Below, one piece after another: positions 38,597-46,567 of a DNA stretch of 64,000 bases. The DNA is from a bacterium (GTDB lineage: Bacteria; Patescibacteriota; Minisyncoccia; Moranbacterales; UBA2206), in contig JAJYKZ010000001.1 of the NCBI GenBank assembly GCA_021788105.1, positions 19,333 through 83,332 on the forward strand. The letters run 5' to 3'. Numbering within the stretch: position 1 is the stretch's first letter; every line of letters begins with the position of its first letter. The notes beneath the pieces were generated by a model, which worked only from the letters and a program-made list of their open reading frames with translations, was not told the origin of the DNA and did no database searches. Made by a program: the position numbers and the translations under genes.

Positions 38597-40078
38597 CTTT
38601 TATAACCTCTCCTTTTCCTGCATCTATCTCTAGCATATCGCCATCCAAAATGATCTTGGTAGCAATTTTTGTGCCTATCACACAGGGTTTTTTCATTTCC
38701 CTGGAAACAATCGCTGCATGAGAAGTTATGCCACCCTCATCGGTTACTATAGCTGCAGCTCTTTGCATAGCGATTATCAAATCCGGGTTGGTAGCTCGAC
38801 TTACCAAAATTTCACCCTTCTTAATTTTTCCTATTTCATTTCTCGAATTTATGATTCGAGCAATACCAGTGACCCTTCCGGCATACGCACAATTGCCTTT
38901 TATCACCTTTGTTACTGTTTCGATTTCGGGTTTAATAAATTTTGAATATTTTTTACTATCTCCAATCCTTATAATACTCACTGCATCAGATTCTACTACA
39001 GAAATGCACCCCTCACTAAAACGTGTCTCTATATTATTTCGCATTTTTCTAGTGAGCTTTCTAGGATCCGTCAAATATATTCTTATTTCATCTTTAGTTA
39101 TGAATCTTGTTTGTTCCAAAGAAAAACAGAGTCGATTTGATATTTCTTTTAAAATAGGTTCGAAACAATAATTAGAATAGATTAAGAATTCTTTCCGATA
39201 GCCTTTCAAAAAAATCATCACACCTATTTTATTTAACAAAGAAATAACATTATTATCCAGTCTTAACCTTTTTTGCAATTTCTTTTTCTTTTGTTCTATC
39301 TCTTTTTTATACGCCCTTATTTCTTTGATTTTTAAGACAGGATCCTTAATTATTTTTAAATTATTTTCTAAAATTTCAGTTATATCCTGTTTGCTCCATG
39401 CGGGTCCAATGTAATAATATGCCAACCATCCGAATTTTTTAAGATGATTTTCTAGAAGGCTAGCTATTTGCTTGTTTTTTTCCAATTTTTAATTCTTTTA
39501 TTCTGGATAACCGATTGAATTTTATATAATTCAAGCTCGTGTTCCCTTTGTTTAGTTTTTTCCTCCGGTGTAGTTAACACGCTCATATATTCTTTTATTC
39601 TTGGTTCTTCTCCGATCCGTTCTTTTATTTTTTTCTCCGCGATATCAAAAATAGAAACACTCCCCATATCGACAAGGTTGGGAATCCACGCGTACGCTCT
39701 TAAGTCAATCGTTATTTTTTCAAATTTATCATAATAGCTTACAAGTTGCTTGTTTGATAATTTTTTAGGATCAATTTTTAATAAACTGTCAGAAAATTTT
39801 TCCAACCCTTGGCAACGCTCTATCATCCCTTTTTTTATTTTGCGATAAAAATTATTATCATTAATCAATTTGCTTTGTGCAATGTCAGAAATATTCTTCC
39901 AAGACTTTTCATTTGCATACATTATCATATTAGTCTTGTCATAAAAACAAACAACCTGATCGCAACTTTTTCCCAAAAGTTTTCTCACAGATGAGGTGGC
40001 AGCCATATCCATCAAATAAATAGGAAAAAAACTCACATGTTTGCCTTCGAAAATTTTAATTAAACTTCCTTGATTCAT
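38586..40078 (-). pseudogene. Paralog F split into two ORFs (39464..40078 N-part; 38586..39485 C-part with canonical [13 protein letters not shown] swivel domain) by a frameshift at an A7/T7 run
   Basis: The ORFs overlap by 22 nt. Inserting one A in the run at 39475..39481 joins ...IKNWKK to NKQIASLLENH... The C-part begins with TTG only in the ORF track. Confidence 0.6.
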
Positions 40079-40088
40079 TTACAAGTAA

Positions 40089-40403
40089 TTAAATTTTATT
40101 CAATTCCTCCTTCAAACTTTCTTTTGCCTGCACACCGATAAATTCCTTCACGATTTTTCCTTCTTTAAAAATTTTCATCGTCGGAATGGACATAATGCCG
40201 AATTTGGAAGCCGTTTCCGAATTTTCATCGACATTTATTTTTCCGATTTTCACCTTGTCCCCCATTTCCTGTGCCAACTCCTCCACAATCGGTCCCATCA
40301 TTAAACATGGTCCGCACCAGGGCGCCCAAAAATCCACAAACACCGGTTTGTCACTTTTTAGAACTTCTTGATCAAAGTTTTGATCGGTAAATTCCATTGC
40401 CAT
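40089..40403 (-). CDS. trxA: Thioredoxin
   Basis: FWAPWCGPC active site; ~104 aa. Confidence 0.85.
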   Translation of the reverse strand: MAMEFTDQNFDQEVLKSDKPVFVDFWAPWCGPCLMMGPIVEELAQEMGDKVKIGKINVDENSETASKFGIMSIPTMKIFKEGKIVKEFIGVQAKESLKEELNKI

Positions 40404-40428
40404 ATTTTTTTATTTTAATTTATTATTT

Positions 40429-41553
40429 TTATTTTGAATAATACAAAAGATAGAGTCCAAGAAACAGCATGATGCCGGCCGTGACGGCGTGAAGCGTCCG
40501 CAGATGGTTTTTTCTCCAATGTTCCAGCTTGCCAATTTTGGTCGATCCGAAATACATGGCCAGGGTTATTATTATCATCGGCAAAACGAAAATTAAATTA
40601 TAGACAATGAGCAGCGGGATAGTCCTGGCAACATCCACTCTTTGGGCCAACTTTCCCAAAAGCACCAGATACGGACCGCTGGCGCACGGTACCAAAAACA
40701 GACTGACGAGATAACCCGCGCCTAACGCGCCGATCGGACCGGTAACCTTTTTGAGTATGCCCTGCATATTCGGCCTCCAGCTGCGAGGAACCTCCATGAT
40801 AAAAACTTTTCCATACCACACAACGTCCTTCAGATTGGCCAAACCGATCAAGATCGCAAGAATCGCCACCGCCAAGGAAAAATAGTGCGGCAGACTGAAA
40901 ACCGTGATCGCTTTGTACAAACCGAGTCCCATCATGAAATAGGAACTAAATACCGCAAAAGAAAAAGCTAGTCCCGAAAGAAGGGCGCGCCTCTTTCCGC
41001 CCGACGCAATAACCGTCGCCAAAAGAAGTATCAGAACCGCCAAAGCACAAGGATTGAGCGCGTCGGCAAGGGCGGCCAACATCAACAATGGCAATGGCAC
41101 CGAAGAAAGCGAGCGCGGCGACTGGATTTTTGGCGCCGATTTTTCTTGCGCCAGCGCCAGCCGGATGCTTTGGGGCGTAGGAAAACTGGAAGCGTTCACC
41201 TGGTTAATTTCTTTGACAAAATTATTGATGATGGGTTGGTCTCCCAAAAGTTCTTGATTGCCAAAAAAAACCACGGGATAGCCGCGATTTTCCGGCTTCA
41301 CTCCGAACGCATCGAAAAACTGGTTGAGCGCTTTCAAATTGTCCGGATTGCCCACTTCCCTTTTCTGGATATCGTATTTGTCATAAATGCCGTTGTCCTG
41401 AAAATACTGGTTGACCTTGGCGCAATGCGAACAAGTTTCGCTGTAAAAATAGACTGCCTTCTTTTTGGCGGCTTGATTAGAAGAAACAGTCTGCGCCAAA
41501 ACCGAAACTGGCAGCAGCAACGATATTAAAAGAAATAAAGCAAATTTTCGCAT
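40429..41553 (-). CDS. Thiol:disulfide interchange protein: N-terminal signal/anchor plus thioredoxin-like domain (CSHC) fused to a CcdA/DsbD transmembrane domain
   Basis: ETCSHC in the periplasmic domain; CcdA motifs ALNPCALAVL and LVPCASGPYL in the TM helices. Confidence 0.75.
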   Translation of the reverse strand: MRKFALFLLISLLLPVSVLAQTVSSNQAAKKKAVYFYSETCSHCAKVNQYFQDNGIYDKYDIQKREVGNPDNLKALNQFFDAFGVKPENRGYPVVFFGNQELLGDQPIINNFVKEINQVNASSFPTPQSIRLALAQEKSAPKIQSPRSLSSVPLPLLMLAALADALNPCALAVLILLLATVIASGGKRRALLSGLAFSFAVFSSYFMMGLGLYKAITVFSLPHYFSLAVAILAILIGLANLKDVVWYGKVFIMEVPRSWRPNMQGILKKVTGPIGALGAGYLVSLFLVPCASGPYLVLLGKLAQRVDVARTIPLLIVYNLIFVLPMIIITLAMYFGSTKIGKLEHWRKNHLRTLHAVTAGIMLFLGLYLLYYSK

Positions 41554-41574
41554 GTGATTATAAATTATAAAATT

Positions 41575-42285
41575 CTATTTACCAAACCTTCTTTGCCGGC
41601 GGGAATAATCCTCGATCGCCTCCTCGAATTTCTTTTCGTCAAAATCAGGAAAGTTGCCGTCATAGAAATACAATTGCGAATTGGCCGTGTCCCACATCAT
41701 AAAACCGTTGCTGAGATGCGGCTCGCCGCCGGTTCGGATGACAAAATCCACCAGCGGAAGATCTTTGGTCATCAAATTTTCCTTGATCAGTTCCGGCGTG
41801 ACTTTCGCGCCCGCTCCATATTTGTCGTGAATGCTTTGAATCGCCTGAATCATATCATCATCGCCGTTGTAGGCCAGCATAAAATTGAGCAATCTTTTTT
41901 TATAATGCTTGGTTTTGCCGATGACATCATATATGACTTTTTTCAATCTTTCCGGAAACTGCTCTTCCCATCTTCCGATAACATTCACTTTGACTTCATT
42001 TTTAACTATCTCTTTGCTTTCCATAAGTTTTTTGAAGTACCGGCTGTAGATGTCCAAAAGCGCCCGTTTTTCTTCCAACGGCCGCTTGGTCAGATTGTCC
42101 ATTGACGAGCCCCAAAAAGACAAGCAACGAACACCCTTATTCAACGCGGTTTCCACAATTCCTTCCAGGTTTTGCGCTCCTTTTTCATGTCCTTCCCACG
42201 GTTTTAGATTTTTTTTCCGGGCCCAGCGGCGATTGCCGTCCGGAATTATAGCCACGTGTCCGGGCACAATTAAATCTTTTTCCAT
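41575..42285 (-). CDS. uppS: Undecaprenyl diphosphate synthase
   Basis: HVAIIPDGNRRWA and RTGGEPHLSNGFMMW. Confidence 0.85.
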   Translation of the reverse strand: MEKDLIVPGHVAIIPDGNRRWARKKNLKPWEGHEKGAQNLEGIVETALNKGVRCLSFWGSSMDNLTKRPLEEKRALLDIYSRYFKKLMESKEIVKNEVKVNVIGRWEEQFPERLKKVIYDVIGKTKHYKKRLLNFMLAYNGDDDMIQAIQSIHDKYGAGAKVTPELIKENLMTKDLPLVDFVIRTGGEPHLSNGFMMWDTANSQLYFYDGNFPDFDEKKFEEAIEDYSRRQRRFGK

Positions 42286-42345
42286 ATAAGTGAATGTTAC
42301 CCCAAATTCAGCGAAAGAGCAACCGGAAAGCAGGGGTCTTTATCA

Positions 42346-43401
42346 TTAATACTTTTTTACTTCTTTGATAAATTCTTGAAGGAGTTTGGTTTCATCGACT
42401 TTCTTGATAATCTCCCCTTTTTTCGTTATCAGTCCGACTTTTTTTCCTCCGATAATCGCCAGGTCAGCTTCCCTGGATTCACCCGGACCATTCACAACAC
42501 AACCCATCACCGCCACGTGCATATTTTTGTCGATTTTAGCTAATTCCGCTTCCACTTTTTTCGCCAGTTCGATCAGATCTATTTCCGTCCGTCCGCAAGT
42601 CGGGCAGCTCGTCACAGTGATGCCGCGCCTCCGCAGTCCCAGCGATTTCAAAATTTCCCACGCCACTCGCACTTCTTCGACCGGATCGGCCGTCAAAGAA
42701 ACGCGCATCGTATCGCCGATTCCTTCATAAAGCAGAATTCCCAGACCGATCGACGACATTACAGTCCCTCGAAAAACCGTGCCGGCTTCCGTCACGCCAA
42801 TATGCAACGGATAATCGACTTTTTCGGAAAGGATCCGATAGGCCTCCGCAGTCCTTTCAATGTCGGATGCCTTCAGGGAAATTAAAATATTTTTAAATTT
42901 ATATTTTTCTAAAATTTTAACATGCCGCATGGCCGAATCAACCATGCCCTGTGCCGTAACTTTCCCTTTGTATTTTTCCAGGATGTCTTTTTCCAACGAT
43001 CCGGCATTGACTCCGATCCGAATGGGAATATTTTTTTCCTTGGCCGCCAGAACCACTTTGCGAATATTTTCTTCCGAGCCGATGTTTCCCGGATTGATGC
43101 GCAATTTATCGACGCCTTGCTTGATCGCTTCCAACGCCAAGTCGAAAGAAAAATGAATGTCCGCCGCCAATGGAATGGAAATTTTCTTTTTGATTTTTCC
43201 CAGCGCCTTGGCCGCCGCCATGTCCGGCACCGCCAGCCGGATCAATTCGCAGCCCGCTTTTTGCAATTCCTTGATTTGCGCCACGGTCGTTTTCACGTCG
43301 CGCGTATCGGTGTTGCACATCGATTGAACAACAATCGGAGCATTGCCGCCGATAAAAATGTTTCCGACTTTTATTTTTTTGCTTTTGCGCCTTTTTATCA
43401 T
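42346..43401 (-). CDS. ispG: 4-hydroxy-3-methylbut-2-en-1-yl diphosphate synthase (GcpE)
   Basis: VGNIFIGGNAPIVVQSMCNTDT..., RINPGNIG, CPTCGRT Fe-S cysteines. Confidence 0.85.
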   Translation of the reverse strand: MIKRRKSKKIKVGNIFIGGNAPIVVQSMCNTDTRDVKTTVAQIKELQKAGCELIRLAVPDMAAAKALGKIKKKISIPLAADIHFSFDLALEAIKQGVDKLRINPGNIGSEENIRKVVLAAKEKNIPIRIGVNAGSLEKDILEKYKGKVTAQGMVDSAMRHVKILEKYKFKNILISLKASDIERTAEAYRILSEKVDYPLHIGVTEAGTVFRGTVMSSIGLGILLYEGIGDTMRVSLTADPVEEVRVAWEILKSLGLRRRGITVTSCPTCGRTEIDLIELAKKVEAELAKIDKNMHVAVMGCVVNGPGESREADLAIIGGKKVGLITKKGEIIKKVDETKLLQEFIKEVKKY

Positions 43402-43421
43402 AAAAAATAAATTTTAATAAT

Positions 43422-44498
43422 TTAAATTTCCCGGTTGGCCATATAGTCCGCCACGCCTACTAAAAATTCTTTGGCTTCCGCGCGAATGTTTAACTTTTCC
43501 GCCGCTTCCTTGGCTTCGGCTACCAATCTTTGTGCCATCGCGCGCGCATAATCCAAAGCGCCCGTGTCTTTTATGACTTTTCTGAAGTCGGAAATATTCT
43601 GCGCCGTCAAATCTTTCTTTCCCAAAATGTTTTCCAGTTTTTTCTTTTGCGGCGGGCCGGCTTTTTCTTTGGCCTTCACGATAAGCAAAGTTTGTTTGCC
43701 TTCGGCAATGTCAGCCCCGACGCGTTTCCCTATTTTTTTCTCCGACCCGAAAATTCCCAAAATGTCATCCTGAATTTGGAAAGCAATTCCCAGCGGCAAC
43801 GCGTAGGAACTTAAACCATCCATAATTTCCCGATCCGCTCCGCCCAAAATCGCTCCCAGCTGCAATGGCCCCTCAATCGTATATTTTGCCGTTTTGTTTC
43901 CGTACATTTCCAACACCTGATCTTCCCTTGCCCGGTTGCGATAGCCGATGTAGATGTCTTGCGCTTGTCCGATCACGGTCAGGGAAATAATCGATTGCAG
44001 TTTGGAAAGCGCGCGCATAATATCCTTTGCTTCAAATTGCGAATCAAAAATAATTTGGTTGCCCAACGCCCCAATCATGTCCCCGATGATCAGCGCCATT
44101 GAATTTCCAAAATGTTCAAAATCATTTTTCTTAAAAAATTTCTTTCCGATTTTTTCGTAGCGAAAATTCACCGTGTCCATCCCGTGGCGTTTTTTGTCGC
44201 GATCGATAATGTCATCATGGATCAGCAAAAAGGTGTGCACCAGTTCGATGCTCACCGAAGTCCGCAGAATTTTTTCCTTTTCTTCCCCGCCCGCCGCCAA
44301 ATATCCGTAATACATAAAAGCTGGACGCAATCTTTTTCCGCCCGCCAGCACCGTTTGCTTTACATATTTAACCGCATCCGCCATCAAAGCGTCGCGCTGA
44401 ACCGTTTCCTTGATGACTATATCGAAATATTTTTCAATTTCCTTATCAAGTTTTGCTTTAAAACTTGCCAGAGTCTTCTCCACTTTTAAATCGCTCAT
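43422..44498 (-). CDS. Polyprenyl diphosphate synthase (trans-IPPS)
   Basis: FARM LIHDDIID and SARM FQIQDDILG. Start taken at the ATG at 44498; the ORF-track start at 44642 adds a 48 aa implausible extension. Confidence 0.8.
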   Translation of the reverse strand: MSDLKVEKTLASFKAKLDKEIEKYFDIVIKETVQRDALMADAVKYVKQTVLAGGKRLRPAFMYYGYLAAGGEEKEKILRTSVSIELVHTFLLIHDDIIDRDKKRHGMDTVNFRYEKIGKKFFKKNDFEHFGNSMALIIGDMIGALGNQIIFDSQFEAKDIMRALSKLQSIISLTVIGQAQDIYIGYRNRAREDQVLEMYGNKTAKYTIEGPLQLGAILGGADREIMDGLSSYALPLGIAFQIQDDILGIFGSEKKIGKRVGADIAEGKQTLLIVKAKEKAGPPQKKKLENILGKKDLTAQNISDFRKVIKDTGALDYARAMAQRLVAEAKEAAEKLNIRAEAKEFLVGVADYMANREI

Positions 44499-44629
44499 AT
44501 TTAAGCTTATTTTGTACGCTTTTGCTATTCTATATAAAAAAAAGCCCTTTGGCAAACACTTCCGAACTCCACTAATCTTCATCCGATCAATGAAAAAGGG
44601 GCAGGTCATGGCGACTCGCCCCACATTTG

Positions 44630-45622
44630 CTACTTGTTGCAAAATTGGTAGTTGTTTCTACCCATTTTTTTGGCTTGATACATTGCTATGTCTGCGCAAT
44701 GCAAGAGCTCGCCGATAGCCGTGCTGTTGTCGGGATATATGCAAATACCGACGCTAGTTGTTATCGAAATGGCATCGTCGCCGATTTGATACGGCTGTTC
44801 GAACGAACGAACGATCTTTCGGGCAATCGACGCGGCATCTTCCGCTCGGCCGATGTCAGCAAGAAGCACACTGAATTCATCTCCGCCCATCCGGGCAATT
44901 ATGTCGGATTCCCTAAGACAAGCCTTAAGTCTTTTTGACACTTGCTTGAGCAGAATGTCGCCGGCCTCATGACCCATCGTGTCGTTAATTTCTTTAAATC
45001 GATCGAGATCGAGACAAAGTATCGCAACCCTTTCTTTATTGCGATGCGCCTTGGCAATTTCCACGGAAATAATTTCTTCAAAAAAACGCCTGTTGGGCAA
45101 GTCGGTTAACGGGTCATGATAGGCTTGATACTTAATTTTTTCTTCCATCAACTTGCGTTCAGTAATGTTCCTTTGGACGTGCACCACTTGCACTATGTTT
45201 CCATTTTCATCTCTGATGGGAGCAGTAAAAATTTCTGCGTAAATTTTTTCTCCTCCCTTGCAGTAGTGTATGTGTTCAACAGTAAAATGTTCGCCGGAAG
45301 TCACAGTTTCTATTAGGGGGCACAGATCATCCGGAGGCGCACAGACCTCGGTCCGGCGGTGGGTTATTTCATAACAACTTCTGCCCAGCACTTCGGATTC
45401 ATCGGAATAGCCATATTCATTCAAAAAAGTTTTGTTGACCGCGATTATTTTGAAAGTTCTGACATCAATAAGCGACAGGGATTCGTGCATGTTGTCAATG
45501 ATGGCCTTGGTCAACTCACAGGAGCGCCGCAACCGGCTTTCCATTTTTTTGCGCTCAAGATGAAAAATCCAATAAACAAACAGAACGGCAAGCAGTATCG
45601 AAAACCATAGCCACAACGCCAT
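44630..45622 (-). CDS. Membrane-anchored PAS-GGDEF diguanylate cyclase
   Basis: N-terminal TM (LWLWFSILLAVLFVYWIF), PAS-like region, RMGGDEFSVLL. A perfect SD AAGGAGGTG lies 5 nt upstream of the ATG at 45622. Confidence 0.8.
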   Translation of the reverse strand: MALWLWFSILLAVLFVYWIFHLERKKMESRLRRSCELTKAIIDNMHESLSLIDVRTFKIIAVNKTFLNEYGYSDESEVLGRSCYEITHRRTEVCAPPDDLCPLIETVTSGEHFTVEHIHYCKGGEKIYAEIFTAPIRDENGNIVQVVHVQRNITERKLMEEKIKYQAYHDPLTDLPNRRFFEEIISVEIAKAHRNKERVAILCLDLDRFKEINDTMGHEAGDILLKQVSKRLKACLRESDIIARMGGDEFSVLLADIGRAEDAASIARKIVRSFEQPYQIGDDAISITTSVGICIYPDNSTAIGELLHCADIAMYQAKKMGRNNYQFCNK

Positions 45623-45736
45623 GCGAACCACCTCCTTTGGCAAGAGAGCTTTGATTTTTAATGTACTACAGCTCCGCAATTATTATTACAATTATCGAAA
45701 AATTTTATGTTTAAGTTAAAAAATAAAACAAAATAT

Positions 45737-45766
45737 AAAAAAACAAGACTTCAAAAGCCTTGTTTT
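45737..45766 (-). terminator. Hairpin plus T-run downstream of the tRNA-Glu gene
   Basis: Minus strand: aaacaaggcttttgaagtcttgttt followed by ttttatatttt. Confidence 0.35.
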
Positions 45767-45773
45767 GATATCG

Positions 45774-45847
45774 TACCGCCAGCGGGAGTCGAACCCGCGA
45801 TCTTCAGAATGAGAATCTGACGTCCTGGACCACTAGACGATGGCGGC
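45774..45847 (-). tRNA. tRNA-Glu (anticodon CUC)
   Basis: Cloverleaf by eye: GCCGCCA acceptor, D-arm GTCTAGTGGTCCAGGAC, anticodon stem TCAGA/TCTGA with loop TTCTCAT, T-arm GCGGG-TTCGACT-CCCGC. Pair 1-72 is G-U. Confidence 0.65.
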
Positions 45848-45959
45848 GAAACTATTTAATAATTTACCAGCATTTGCTGAATTTATCAAGATTAAAAGCC
45901 TCGTGGATGAATCGTCCGCGAGGCTTTACTGATTATCTTCTTTCATTCAGCCTCCTTTT

Positions 45960-46169
45960 TTAGTATGCATGGTTCATTTCGCCCTGCATTATTTTTCTAC
46001 ACTCGTTTTCCGCTTCTTGCGGAGAAGAGCATTTTTTTCTGAGGATCGTGGTGTCTTTAAGCTTTGAAAACCTGGTAAGACCCCCACCTCCACAAACGTA
46101 TTGAGCTGAAAAGATGCAATCCCCTTCAAACCAACACATTTCGATGATATTTTTTTTATCCGCTTCCAT
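45960..46169 (-). CDS. Small Cys-rich hypothetical protein (69 aa)
   Basis: SD GGGAGGTG 5 nt upstream of the ATG. The ATG overlaps the stop of the upstream small ORF. Confidence 0.25.
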   Translation of the reverse strand: MEADKKNIIEMCWFEGDCIFSAQYVCGGGGLTRFSKLKDTTILRKKCSSPQEAENECRKIMQGEMNHAY

Positions 46170-46335
46170 CGCACACCTCCCGATTAGTGTTTGCGGAAGT
46201 TTTTTTTATTTTTTCCACTTCCCCGCCAGGCTTGTTATTCTGCCGCACTGCTTCGAGCAACAAAGCCAATGGAACTTCGACACTTCTTGCAGTTGCAACC
46301 ACAAGAAATAAAGTAGCCTTTTCCAGCGTGGTCAT
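46156..46335 (-). CDS. Small hypothetical protein (59 aa; below the ORF-track cutoff)
   Basis: Minus-strand ATG at 46335 preceded by GAGGTG. Translates to MTTLEKATLFLVVATARSVEVPLALLLEAVRQNNKPGGEVEKIKKTSANTNREVCDGSG*. Confidence 0.25.
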   Translation of the reverse strand: MTTLEKATLFLVVATARSVEVPLALLLEAVRQNNKPGGEVEKIKKTSANTNREVCDGSG

Positions 46336-46567
46336 GCGCCACCTCGCTTTCTAAATCACGAAGTTTTTAAGTTTTTAAAGACCGGCCGCTGCGTTAGGAG
46401 TTTTGCAAAAGCTCCTAAACTTTTAAAAATAATTTAAATAGCAAGTAATATACTACAATTTAACTCAGCCTTATTTTCCAACTCGCAATTATACATCTTT
46501 TTGCTTATTTTGTCAAGCGCAACAAAAAAACGGCTGGAAGCCGCTAAAAAAACCAAACCGCAAAATA

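Noticed and set aside
27115-39485. Interpretation of the paralogs as conventional PEP synthase/PPDK genes
   Set aside because: The His domain is C-terminal and no PEP/pyruvate-binding TIM barrel follows. The N-terminal regions lack the PPDK_N motifs that are clearly present in the two stand-alone ATP-grasp genes.
44499-44642. 48 aa N-terminal extension of the polyprenyl synthase ORF (MQQVANVGRV...) and the MRSCSTLK... extension of the GGDEF gene
   Set aside because: In both cases an internal ATG with a good SD (perfect AAGGAGGTG for the GGDEF gene) gives a protein starting at the conserved N-terminus. The extensions overlap neighbouring genes.
45774-45847. tRNA-Glu G1-U72 wobble pair, as a hint of a pseudo-tRNA
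   Set aside because: All other cloverleaf elements are canonical. A G-U at 1-72 is tolerated, and a 1 nt boundary shift is within my by-eye uncertainty.
46531-46556. Possible terminator hairpin downstream of murF (aacggctggaagccgct between A/T runs)
   Set aside because: Only a 4 bp GC stem; too weak to list as a feature.
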